64,000 nucleotides of DNA from contig NC_058368.1 of the NCBI RefSeq assembly GCF_018350175.1, forward strand, positions 93,436,001 to 93,500,000, read 5' to 3'. The notes under the pieces were generated by a model. That model was not told where the DNA came from. It worked only from the letters and a program-made list of their open reading frames with translations, and did not search any database. This DNA comes from Felis catus (taxonomy: Eukaryota). Of the stretch, positions 51,001-63,383 are shown in pieces (position 1 is the first letter of the stretch; each line of letters opens with the position of its first letter). Made by a program: the position numbers and the translations under genes.

Positions 51001-52461
51001 GAGGTCTGATACACAGTCCTCCGGAAGCACACAAGGTCATTTTAGGTCAGACAGAAATCTTATTGTTATTTATTTGATTTATGTATTACAAATGATTGAT
51101 TTCAGAACCGTTAAGCAGAATTTGGTGAGTCCATTTAAAATCAGGTTTTTTTTTTAGTTAACTTAAAAATAATAGTACAGCACAGGGAATATTGGCTGGT
51201 TGGGTTGATATTGAATTGGGGAAAATCTTGTATGGTACATAAATATTACATATATACATACATATGAGAAGAGATTTCTTCCTTCTCAACCTCTTCCAAA
51301 AATCTGAAGAGGAGGGAAGATTCCCAAGCTTATTTTATGAAGCCAGCATTACCCTGTTACCAAAGTCAGACAAGGACACTATAAGAAAACTGCGGACCAA
51401 TGTCAATGATGAAGACAGATGCAAAAACTCTCAATAAAATATGAGCAAACCAACTCGACAGCACATGAAAAGGATCATACACCACAATCAAGCAAGATTT
51501 AACCCTCGGATATGAGGATGGTTCAAAATACACCCCAATAAATGTGATGCACGTCATCAGTAAAATGAAAGATAAACATTATGTGACTATCTCAATAAAT
51601 ACAGGAAACACATTTGACAAAATACAACACCTTTTCATGATTAAGGCCCTCAACAAACTGGGTATTGAAGGAACATACCCCAACATAATAAAAGGCCATA
51701 TATGATAAACTCACAGGTGATATCATACTCAATGGTGAAAGATTGAAAGCTTTTCCTCTAAGAGTAGGAAGGACACAGAGCCGACTCCAACCACGGCTAT
51801 TCAATATAGATTGAAAGTTCTAGCCACAGTAATGTGTCAGGACAGAAAAATAAAAGTGCTCCAAATCAGAAAGGAACAAGTCTTGTTTATAATTAGTATT
51901 TGACAAGGGAGCCAAGAATACTCAATGGACGGAAAGGACAGTCTCTTCAATAAATGTCCATGGGGAAACTGTATAACCACAAAATTTAAATCACAAAAAT
52001 ATGAACTAAAGACTTAAACATCAGCCCTGAAACTGTAAAACTCTTGTAAGAAAACATAAAGAAAAAGCTCTTTGACATAAGTCTTGATAGCCATTTCCCA
52101 AAAGCACAAGCAACAAATGCAAAACTAAGTATCACCACATCAAACTTAAAGCTTCTACACATTAAAAGAAACAATCAACAAAAAGAAAAGGCAACCTACA
52201 AAATGGGAGAAAATAATTGCAAAGCATATATCTAATAAGCGATTAATACCTAAAATATATAAAGTACTCATACAACTCAATAACAAAAAAAAATAACAAT
52301 CCAATTAAAACATAGACAGTGGATCTAAATAGACATGTTTCTAAATAAGATATAAAGATAGCCAACAGGTACCTAAAAATATGCTCCTAACATCACCAAT
52401 GATCAGGGAAATCAAACCACAATGGGATAGAACTTCACACCTGTTAGAATAGCTATCATCA

Positions 52462-52684
52462 GGGGTGCCTGGGTGGCGCAGTCGGTTAAGCGTCCGACTT
52501 CAGCCAGGTCACCATCTCGCGGTCTGGGAGTTCGAGCCCCGCGTCTGGCTCTGGGCTGATGGCTCAGAGCCTGGAGCCTGTTTCTGATTCTGTGTCTCCC
52601 TCTCTCTCTGCCCCTCCCCCGTTCATGCTCTGTCTCTCTCTGTCCCAAAAATAAATAAGCGTTTTGAAAAAAAAAAAAAAAAAA
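52462..52684 (+). mobile_element. young felid SINE (SINEC_Fc-like)
   Basis: Nearly identical to 6927-7156; perfect TSD AGAATAGCTATCATCA at 52446-52461 and 52685-52700. Confidence 0.97.
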
Positions 52685-52700
52685 AGAATAGCTATCATCA

Positions 52701-52911
52701 GGGGTGCCTGGGTGGCTCAGTTGGTTAAACATCCAACTTCGGCTCAGGACATGATCTCGCGGTTGGTGTGTTTGATCCCCCTATCAGGCTCTGTGCTGAT
52801 AGCTTGGAGCAGGGAGCCTGCTTCGGATTCTGTGCCTCCCTCTTTCTCTGCTCCTCTACCCTCCCTCTCTTTCTCAAAAAAGTAAACCTTAAAAAATTCT
52901 TTAAAAAAAAA
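52701..52911 (+). mobile_element. Can-SINE (older, same site)
   Basis: Followed by AGCTATCATC at 52912-52921. Confidence 0.94.
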
Positions 52912-53214
52912 AGCTATCATCCAAAAGACAAGAGGTGACAAGTGTTGGTGGTGAGGATGTGGAATAAAGGGACCCCCCACACACACTCTTGGTGAGAATA
53001 TAAATTGTTGCAGCCACTATTGCAAACATACAGAGGTTCCTCAAAAAGTTAATATGATCCAGCAATCCAACTTTTGGATATATACCCAAAGGAAATAAAA
53101 ACAGGATATCAAAGAGACTCCCATACCCCCATGTTTATTGCAACCTTATTCACAATAGCTAAGACATGGAGTCAACCTCTGTATTCATCAATGGTTGAAT
53201 GGATAAGGAAGATA

Positions 53215-53266
<52 letters not shown>

Positions 53267-54108
53267 TACATATATATAATATATACATAACATATATTAC
53301 ATATGTGTGTATATTATATATACACCTACATACATACATGCATACATATACATACACACAGACACACACTCCCAAAATGGAATGTTATTCAACCATGTGA
53401 AAGAAGAAAATCCTACCATTTTTGACATGGGTGGGTTTGAGGGCATAGTGCTAAGTGAAATAAGTCACATAGAGAAAGATAAATACTGTATGATCTCACT
53501 AATATGTGGAATCTAAAAAAAAGTCAAACTCATAGAAACAGAGTAGAATGATAATAACCAGGGGCTGGGAACCTGGGGAGTGGGTAAGGGGAATGGGGAG
53601 ATGTTGGTCAAAGGTCTGGTCTTCCAGTTAGAAGATGAGTAAGTTCCTGGGATCTAATGCAGAGCACTGTGATTACAGTTAACAATAATGTATTATACAC
53701 TGGAAAGCTGTTAAGAGTTTAGATCTTAAATGTTTTCACTACAAAAAAGAAATAGTACTTGTGTGACATGATGGAAGTGTTTGCTAATGCTACAGTGGTA
53801 ATCATTGTGCAACCTATAAGTGTATGAAGTCAACCTATTGTACAAGTTAAACTTACACAATGTTATGGGTCAATTATATCTGAATAAAGAAGGGGGAAGA
53901 GAAATATAACAAGTGTTGGCAAGGATGTGGAGAAATTGAAAAACTTGTACACTCTTGTTGGAAATGTAAAATGTTGCAGCTGCTATGGAAAACAACAATA
54001 GAGTCCAAAATGGATCACACACCTAAATGTGAAATGAAGAATTACAAAACTCTTGGGAGGTAACACAGGAGAAACCGTAGATGACCTTGGGTATGGCAAT
54101 GACTTTTT

Positions 54109-54564
54109 TCAAATTTAATTACAAGTTAGTTAACATACAGTATAGTCTTGGCTTCAAGATAGAACCCAGTGATTCATCTCTTACATATGACACCAGTGCT
54201 CATCCTAACAAGTGTCCTCCTTAATGCCCGTCACCCATTTAACCTAGCCCCACCCACATCCCCTGTGTGTATATTCTATTTTTCCTTCTCTCCCCCTATG
54301 TTCATCTGTTGTGTTGCTCAAATTCCACATGAGTGAAATCATATGATATCTGTCTTTCTCTGATTTCACTCAGCAAAATACTTTCTAGTTCCATCAACAT
54401 TGTTGTAAATGGCAAGATTTCATTCTTTTTCATCGCCAAGTAGTATTCCATTCTCTATATATATCACATCTTCTCCAATGTTGATAGCAGCACTATCAGT
54501 GATAGCCAAATTATGGAAAGAGCCCAAATGTCCATCGATTGATGAATGGATAAAGAAGACATGA
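54109..54564 (-). mobile_element. 5'-inverted (twin-primed) carnivore L1 insertion
   Basis: Minus-strand 3' UTR at 54109-54474, plus-strand piece at 54476-54564, TSD CAATGACTTTTT at 54097-54108 and 54565-54576. Confidence 0.85.
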
Positions 54565-54650
54565 CAATGACTTTTTAGATGTGAAGTGAAAGGTGTGATC
54601 CATGAGAGAAATAAATAAAAAGCTAGAGTTCGTTAAAATTAAAAACTTCT

Positions 54651-54860
54651 GGGAGCACGTGGGTGGCTCAGTCCGTTAAGCGGCCGACTTCGGCTCAGGT
54701 CATGATCTCATAGTCCGTGAGTTCAAGCCCCGTGTCTGGCTCTGTGCTGACAGCTCAGAGCTTGGAGCCTGCTTCAGATTCTGTGTCTCCCTCTCTCTCT
54801 GACCCTCCCCCGTTCATGCTCTGTCTCTGTCTCAAAAATAAATAAAACATTAAAAAAAAA
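54651..54860 (+). mobile_element. Can-SINE
   Basis: TSD AAAATTAAAAACTTCTG. Confidence 0.96.
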
Positions 54861-55814
54861 ATTAAAAACTTCTGCCCTGCAAAAGACATTGTCATGAAAA
54901 TGAAAAGACAAGCCACAGACTGGGAAAAAATATCTGTAAGAGACACATTTGATACAGGACTACTATCCAAAATAGACAAATAACACTTAAAACTCAGCAG
55001 TAAGACAGCAAACCACCAGATTACAAAATGGAGCACAGATCTTAACAGACACCTCGCCAAAGAAGATATACAGACTGCAGATAAGTATATGAAAACATGC
55101 TCCACATCCTATGTCATCAGGGAAATACAAATTGAAATGACAATGGGATACCAGTACCCACCGATTAGAACAGTCAAAATCCAGAACACTGTCAACACCA
55201 AATGCTGGTAAGGATGTAGAACAAGGAGCTCTCATTCACTGCCTGCGGGAATGCAAAACGGTGCAGCCACTTTGGAGGATATTTTGGAGATTTCCTATAA
55301 AATGAAATATACACAGCAGTCATGCTTCTTGATATTTACCCAAGGGAGTTAAAAACTTACATCCATGCAAAAACCCACACAATGATATGTACCACAGTTT
55401 TCTTCATAACTGCCAAAACTTGGAAGCAACCAGTAGGTGAATGGATTAATAAATGGCGGCATATCCAGACAGTGAGGGATTATTCAGCACTGAAGAGAGG
55501 TGAGCTACCAAACCACAGAAGGACATGAAGGAACCTTACATACATAGTACTAAGTAAAAGAAGGAATCTGAAAAGGCTATAGACTGAAAAATTCCAATCG
55601 TATGATACTCTGAAAAAAAGTAAAACCATGGAGAAGATAACAATATCAGTAGCTTCCAGGGGTTTGGAAGGAGAGGTAAATAGATCGAGCACAGAAGATT
55701 TTGAAGTCAGTGAAAATGCTCTGTGTAACGCTATAATGGTGGATACATGACATTATAAATTGGTTCAAACCTATAAAAATGGACAACACCAAGAGTGAAT
55801 TATAATTAAACTAT

Positions 55815-56030
55815 GGGGGCGCCTGGGTGGCTCAGCTGGTTATGTATCCCACTTTGGCTCAGTTCATGATCTCACAGTTCATGGGTTCGAGCCCTGTGTT
55901 GGGCTTTGTGCTGACAGCTCAGAGCCTGGAGCCTGCTTTGGATCCTGTGTCTCCCTCTCTCTCTGCCCCTCCCACACTCACATTCTGTGTCTCTCTCAAA
56001 AATAAATAAACATTAAAAAAATTTTTTTTA
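55815..56030 (+). mobile_element. Can-SINE
   Basis: TSD ATAATTAAACTATGG. Confidence 0.95.
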
Positions 56031-56715
56031 GGTAAAATAATTAAACTATGGACCGTGAGTGATAATGGTGTGTCCATGTGGGTTCACGAACTTTAACAAA
56101 TGTACCACTATGGTGGGGGCTGTTGAACGTGGGAGTGGCTGTATGCATGGGGACAGGGGATATAGGAAATCTCTGTGCCTCAATTTTGCTATGAACCCAA
56201 AAACTTCTCTGAAAACGTCAAGTCTTAATTTTTTAAAATCAACACAAAAAAAGAATGAGGTAAATTACAGTTACCATAAGAAGACAGAACTGGCTTCTTA
56301 GCATAAATTGTGGAGGCCAGAAGACACTGGAGTGACATATCTAATCTGATGAAAGAAAATGCCTGACCATCTGGAACTCTCAGAGGAAATGGGCATTAGA
56401 AACTTTTCCAAGAAACAAAACCAAAAGAATTTATCACCACCAGACCCACTCCCAAAGGAATATTAAAAGGAATTCTTTAGGCCTAAGGAAAACAACCCCA
56501 GACACTAAAATGCACTGATGAATAAAGAGCAAAGGAAAGGTAATTATGTGGAAAAATTCAAATATGTGATAAGTTTAAAAAACAATAATTATGGGGTATT
56601 AAACATATGTAGACAAAAAAAATGTATAACAACAAAGTACAAAAGGCAATCTCAAGGAAAGTCCCATCCCAAACACACACACAGTCATGCTCTGTTACTT
56701 CCTGTATTATGTCTC

Positions 56716-56941
56716 TTTTTTTTTTAATTTTAGAGAGAGAGGGGGCACAAGCAGGGGAGAGGGATAGAGGTGGGGAGAGAGGGAGAGAAGGAGAGAGAGA
56801 GGGAGGGAGGGAGAGAATAAATCTCAAGCAGGTTCAACGCTCAGTGTGAAGCCCGATACAGGGCTAGATCCCATGACCTTGGGATCATGATCTAAGCTGA
56901 AATCAAGAGTATGACGCTCAACCAAGCCACCCAAGCACCCC
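56716..56941 (-). mobile_element. Can-SINE
   Basis: TSD ACTTCCTGTATTAT. Confidence 0.93.
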
Positions 56942-58292
56942 ACTTCCTGTATTATCTTAATTGCTTTTACCAATATCAAGACTCCTCTTATATGTTTGGT
57001 GTCCCTACACTAAATATAATCTCAGTGAAAGTAAATACAGTAACTTACCTGGATTGGGGAGAAATGTTTTGCAAACATGTTGATGTGTGTGTTCTCTGTT
57101 GTGCTTCATCCTTATTCACAAACCCCCTGTATTAATTCTGAGTCATATAATACTTAAGGGCAACCTTAGAATTGATACAGTAGAAATGCAGAGAAAAGAG
57201 AAAAATGTTTAGATTTTTCCCTCGAAAATAAGTTTCTGAGGCCAGTGTGACACAGTAACTTAAAAAGCTAGGTTTTATTCCATGTAAAAAGACCTCTGAT
57301 TTACAGAAGTGTCATTTTAATACCAAGAACAAAGCTTAAAGATCTAACCCAGAAGTTTCCCACAAATCAGAGAGAGAGAGAATTCCAGATAGGACACAAA
57401 GTAGGCTCCCACTTGTGCACAGAAGAAGTAGAGAGCTCTTCTTTGGAAGAAAGAGCCATTTTAGAAGGGATTAGGATTACAATGATGCCTGGAGAGTGGG
57501 TCAAGAAGATAAGAATCTCAAGTGGGTTGAGAGACAGTCAAAATCAATAGCTCTGAGCCCCAGTTATCATAGGGATCATGGGAAGACAGCACAGCAGAGA
57601 AGAAATGGTACCACCACATCTCCCCTGGCTTCTATGTTGTGTAGAAGGAAGCTAATGTTCAATCAATACTCCAAGAGGAAAGGGTAGAAGAGAGCAAGGA
57701 AGATGGCTGAGAGTAAACACTAAGAGCTTCCTAAGGTGAAGGGTTGAAATGTCCACATAGCAAAGGCTGGAGAAGTCATACTCTAGTGGAGTTATGATTT
57801 GGAATGCTCATAATTAGACCTCAGACGTTGCACATGCCCAGTGAAAGCTGAGGTGACACTGAGTAGGAGACAACACCCATGATCATCACACATACTTTGG
57901 GCCAAGATCAAATTCTACACATTGTATCCACAGTAGATGAAATGATGACAGAAGTCAGTCTCTAGAAAGCAGGTGAAATGGGCTGCGGTCAGTAGGAATC
58001 AACAGAGAAAGGACACTCCTTAGACCAGACTCACTTCCCACCCCCTCCTCCACTCCATGAAGGTCCAATAAATTTCCCCTGTGCCCAGACACTTCGTGGC
58101 AAGAAAGGAAAGACACGGCAAGGGGAGGCAAGCTCTGAAAGGCTGATCAGGTACCAAAAGAGACAGTGTATCTACACGAGACTGTTTTGAACTGAAAGAA
58201 ATGGCAAACTTTATATGGCAAGTTTATTCTCCACCCTCCCCCCTGGCCATCATAGAACAGGGTGTTTCAGACCAAGAATAGAATCATTTTAA

Positions 58293-58475
58293 GGGTGCCT
58301 GGGTAGTTCAGTTGGTCATGATCTTGTGGTTCACGAGTTTGAGCCCCGCATTGAGCTCTGTGCTGACAGAGTCTGGAGCCTGCTTTGGATTCTGTGTCTC
58401 CCTCTCTCTCTCTGCCCCTCCTCCATTCGCGCATGCTCTCTCAAAAATAAAATAAACATTTAAAAATTTTTTTAA
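58293..58475 (+). mobile_element. Can-SINE with a small internal deletion
   Basis: AAGAAT(A/G)GAAT(C/A)ATTTT on both flanks. Confidence 0.92.
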
Positions 58476-59489
58476 AAGAATGGAATAATTTTAGAATTTA
58501 AAGCACATTCCTTTTTGTCCATCTGTCTGCATGTTCAAGGTGGCCCTAACTACACTTCTTTCCTGAGATCTCTTCAGCAACCAGTACACTGCCAGGTGTT
58601 TAGTAGATGCTAAATAGATAAGTGACGAATGAATGAAGGGGATGCCCTTTTCTCACCCTTCATTAGAGCCCACTTCATGCATTATCCCCTTAGATCCAAG
58701 CCATCCTGGTCCTTTGATGTGGTCTCCCAGCTAGAGGAAGCCCTACTGTGCATATTCGTGGCATCCCGAACACATCTTGCACATAGCACGTGTCTCCCTG
58801 AGCTGTAGCTGTGCTGTTGCTACTCCAGACTCTGAACTTCTTGTCTCACTTGTCTTCGTCTCCCCTCGATGCCATAAAAACATATCTTTGTTGAATTCAT
58901 TCATTAAATTATGGATGAACCTCCTGTGCACGGAGCAAGAGGCTTAAGAAATGAGCGGGCACAGCTAACATAAAAGGAAAAAGAAGAAAGAGCTGAGGAA
59001 TGGCCACGATGGATAGGAGAGAAGGCTATTCGTTGTATGGCCCCACCATACCCAGCTGAACATAGCCTCATTTTAGCCCCTTAGGAGGGACCACCTTCAG
59101 AGCATCCTAGGGGTCTGTGGCAAGTTCCGGGGCAGGGGGAGCTTGGCAGGGTCCCCTCCTAGACACTCATAGCACACTAGGCAGTATGGAATAGGGAACC
59201 AAAACAAAACAAAACAAAACAAAACAAAAACCAGTCCCAGAACTCAGGAAACTAAATTTCCTAAAATACAGGATGATTCCTACACACGTGCACGTATACA
59301 AGGAAGCAAGGGGAGCTCATGAAATAATTACTGTTCTCCAACCACCTCCCACCTGGCAGCCTTCCTGTCTCCTTGGCATGGTGGGTCAGGGGGGTGTGGA
59401 GCAAATAGCTACTGCTCTGAAAGGAAAGAAACTGTGTCAGGAAGCTGCCTTCTCTTCTACATTTCTTGCATCTCACTCATTATTTTAAA

Positions 59490-59650
59490 ATCCTGACATT
59501 TATTATTAATCCGTTTCATCCAGTTTGAGATCCACATGACTAAGCTCTTATTGAAGCCAGCTTGAATTAATTTGGCAAGTATTCCTTCCCCAAGCATGTG
59601 CTGAACGCAATCTAAATATATCAGCCAAGAAGATAAGCAGTCATGGCTCT
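59490..59650 (-). mobile_element. probable ancient CR1/L3-clade LINE RT fragment
   Basis: Translation IYLD-x9-ILAKLIQAGFNKSLVMWISNW resembles the CR1 RT pattern IYLDFSKAFD...LLxKL...G...WIxNWL. Confidence 0.5.
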
Positions 59651-61184
59651 TTAGCAGGAAAGACATGTGGCTAAGATTTCATTTGGGGATGAGGAAGCAC
59701 TCAATCAAGCCACGTATCCAGGTTTCTACTGCTGTTTGAGGATTGATGTGTTTTGGGTTGCCATTTCTTCCTCAAGACTGACGCAGTCCTATTTTTCCAG
59801 ATGAGCAGTTCCCAAAAGCTGCTTCTTACTTCCTCATTCACGTAATACTGTCTTTGCGCTGCCCCAACCCGCTGCCTTCCTGAGTTTCTTGCTGCCACAT
59901 TCCTTCCCCCATGATGGCTTGAAAATAACACATGGGCCTTAGATACCTCCCTTTGGTGTTCTGGACAAGGTGCGCGGGCATGAGCGTTCCTGAAGACCTC
60001 CTTTCTCTCCCTTCATTGTTCTTGGTTTGCACCAGATTTCGCACATTCTTGTGGCATTTGCACCGTGTGGATGGTGAGAGGGTACATATTTGCTATGGAA
60101 AGCTCCTCCCACAGATGTGCCCTGAGGATCCACGAAGCAGGAGCTCGTGTTCTCTCAGAAAACCATCTCAGATGCCAGGGAGGGTACTGTGAAGTATTTG
60201 TCATTGCCTCCCAGGCTCTTCCTGTTAAACTAAGAAATTCATGCATGTACAATGCTTTGCATTTGCTGGGGTGTCACAAAAGCTGGAGAACAGAAGGGAG
60301 GCTCTGAAACCACATATTCCCTTGGCTCATTCTCTGAGAAGGGAAACACTTTAGGAAAAAAAAAAAAGAAGAAAAAAACAACGGCGCTTCGTGTTTCTCA
60401 CACTCCTCTGTGCAGACTGATCTCATGAATCTCTGGATTCTCCGGCTGTCGCTTTGGCTCTCGTCAAGCCCAACATTCTCCCTTGGGGAGGCATCTTTAA
60501 AGCCTCTCCAGCCCTGCCAGAGTCCTCTCCACTTCCTTATACTCTGGTGCATTTGCAACTCACAAGAAGTTTTTTAACCCTGTGGTTTTACCCTGCCAAA
60601 TGCAAGGTCAAATCTTCCCTGCAGGACCTTATATACCAGCAATGAATTCCATTCTCAAAATAGCCCCCCAAACCCTTTAATCAACCCGTACCTACCACGT
60701 GCCGTGAGCAATACAAAAGGAACTTAAAATATAGTCCCGTCTTCTGAGAATGTATAGTTATCTGAAGAGATCAATGAGAAATAAGATAGGATACAATCCA
60801 GTACTCAGCCATGTGAGCTGGCATTACCACAGGTGATGGGGAGGTGGAGAAGTCCAAGCCTGTGGAGATGTTGATGCTGGAGTTGCCTTCATACTGGCAA
60901 GCCTGACAGACTTCAAGGAGATACAGGATTGACTTGAGCAGAGACAAGACCAGAAGGACACCTGAGGTTGTTGAGAACATCTGTGAAAACAGCCCAGAAG
61001 CAGGGATGAACATCACCCTGGAAAGATCAAGGGGTCAGTTGGACTGAACACTGCAACACTTGTGTATATCATCTGGTCTTCATTAGCGGGTGTTTTCCTT
61101 CATTTATAAACTCACATCTTGGGATGTGATCTTTCTGCCTTTCACAGAGATTGTATCCCACAGGCTTTCAATTCAGAAAAACCC

Positions 61185-61372
61185 TGGGCTCAGATCCCAG
61201 CTCCATCGCCTACCACTGTGTGACCTTGGTTAATTTAATCAATGTCCTAACAGTTAAATGGAGATAATCATGGCACGTTGTTCGTAAGCTCATTGTAAAA
61301 ATTAAATGTCATGCATATAAATAACACAAAGCCTACCACACAGTGAGCCCTCAAAAACATGTTAGCTATTTT
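61185..61372. mobile_element. MIR relic
   Basis: CTGGGCTCAGATCCCAGCTCC...TGTGTGACCTTGG...CACAGTGAGCCCTCAAAAACATGTTAGCTATT. Confidence 0.8.
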
Positions 61373-63383
61373 ATTAAGGAATTAACATTCTCTAATACTT
61401 GCTGCTGATTTTCCAATTAAGAACGCCTACTTCAGCTCAACCAATCTTACTCTTTTTGAATGAAGAACGCTACCTCTTCTGTAACACCTTCACTGATGCT
61501 CTGAGCTGGAGATAATTTCTCTGAATGTTGTATTTGGGCATTCACATCAAGGTTTTATCTTTGCCACCCTCGAGGCTACAAACTCATTGAGCACATGGCT
61601 TAAGAGCAAAATCCTCTTTCCTTTTTTTTTTCTTTAACAGTACTTAGCACACAGTGGCCCCTCCGTGTGGGATGTAATAAACTTTCAGTGGATATTGTTG
61701 AGTCAGCAAATGGAGGTGGAGGTATTCTATTTAAAGCATATAGCTGTCTGCATGGACTGACTACTGAGGTTGCCTTTGGCGGTAACAACACTCCATGGGG
61801 CTTCTTCTGTTGTCTCTTCGAAGTTTTGGCTGAGACCCCAAAGCTGAGGACAAGGATCGATAAGTAACCACAATTTCTAAACAGAACTATCTTGCATGTC
61901 CTTCTAGATCTTGCCGAGATGTGACTAAACAGATCTAGCAGCCATCACCCCTTACTGCACACAGAAAAAGGCTAGAGATGCTTTAAGGCAAGAAGTGATT
62001 ATTCTCATGAGAATTCCAAAGAGTAGAGAATGATATGTATTTTTCCCTCCTTTCAAATGCGGAACCCTGCTGCTTACAGCATGTTGCCATGCAGTCAGAG
62101 AAGGATAAGGCCAAAATGATCCCAGGGAAACTTGAGATCTGTCCCCTGGTTTGGGGAAGGGGGTGCAATGGAGACTGGTAGTCAGGCTATTCCCAAAAGA
62201 AATCTGCTGGAAAGCCTGGCCCTGCCACAGCTATAGGAGACCAGTAGGGTTCCCATAGACTAAGTGTATCTCACAGGAGGTAACTGGCCTTGAGTCATCT
62301 TGAGAGGACATTACCCACAAGGACTACATGCTGGGAACTGTCATCCCCAGAAGAAGGCAGGCTGGAGGTAGGGATAATATTGAAAGTACTTACTACTAAT
62401 AAGACAGCAGCACCCAACAATGACACATTCCAGCAAACAGTGAAATATCCAGTACAGACCCATACTGGCTGAATATCAGCCTGGCCAACAGTGTTTCCAA
62501 GGGTGCAAGAGCTGGGCAAATGGGGGTGGGTTGAAAGAGATCAGGTACTAGGGAAAGGCCCAGTGTGGGAGTCCAAGTGGGAAGGTGTTGAAAGAGCCAA
62601 CCAAAGAGCCCATAAGAGAAAGCCAACATTTGGACAATACAATGAAAACTTCATATTCCCTCCCCCCGCTCCCCAGTCTGCTCTACCTTTGCACCTACCA
62701 ACAACACGTAGGAGAAAAAGCAGAATAAGAACGGTACATGAACATACTACGTGGACCCTTTCCCTCTGGCCGGTCAGGAAAAGCCTGAATAAGGAACTGC
62801 ACTGGAGACACACAAGAAGCTTTTGATTATGTGAGGTGGAGCTCTGACATTCATCTCATAGAGAATATTTCAAAAATTCAAAAGTAACTGGAAAACTATG
62901 GAATACGTCCAGGATATTATTTAGGAACAGAAAGAGAGAGATGGGCTTAAAGGCATAAACCAGAGAAAAACTGAGTCATTTCCAGGGTATATTCATTTGT
63001 GCCCCACCCTTTCAAACAACTGATTGCAAAGCATCAAGATCTTCAGAAGTTGCCATGTAAGAATTCTGGCATTTAAAAAGATCACCCACTTTGGCCAACC
63101 AAGTAGCACACTGAGTGTACCTCTGACATGAGCCATTTCCTGCAGGACAGGTGGGAGGAGCTGGTTTCTCAATGCCACCAACACCAGGTAACAGTGTGCA
63201 TGATGTGGGAAGGATAGTTACACTCTTTACAGTGGCCAAACTACAGACCAATATTGACATCAGTCCTTGGACATGACTGATTACCTTCCATGACGTCTAA
63301 TTTCACTATGTGGAAAAGATACTCTCAGCAGGTGCTTAGGTGGAGGTAGGAGAGCGAAATCAAACAGCATCCCAGAGTTTGCT

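Larger units (their letters stand above)
51275..53890 (+). mobile_element. truncated L1 (ORF2 remnants plus L1MA-like 3' UTR)
   Basis: GAAGCCAGCATTACCCTG...GATGCAAAAACTCTCAATAAAAT; 3' end AACTTACACAATGTTATGGGTCAATTATATCTGAATAAA. Confidence 0.9.
54003..56240 (+). mobile_element. L1MC-like fragment hosting nested elements
   Basis: 3' UTR GGATACATGACATTAT...ACAACACCAAGAGTGAA...AACAAATGTACCACT. Confidence 0.85.

Noticed and set aside
89..56009. Many ORFs starting MAQ(S/L)V... with SLSLSL or ERERER runs
   Set aside because: These are translations of Can-SINE bodies and their CT/GA tracts, not a gene family.
77..58475. tRNA-like A/B boxes (TGGCTCAGTCGG, GTTCGAGCCC)
   Set aside because: These are the tRNA-derived heads of SINEs; no complete tRNA gene is seen.
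60771..63260. ORFs at 60771-61016, 61667-61867 and 63012-63260
   Set aside because: No recognisable protein and no consistent exon chain; possibly old repeat remnants I cannot assign.
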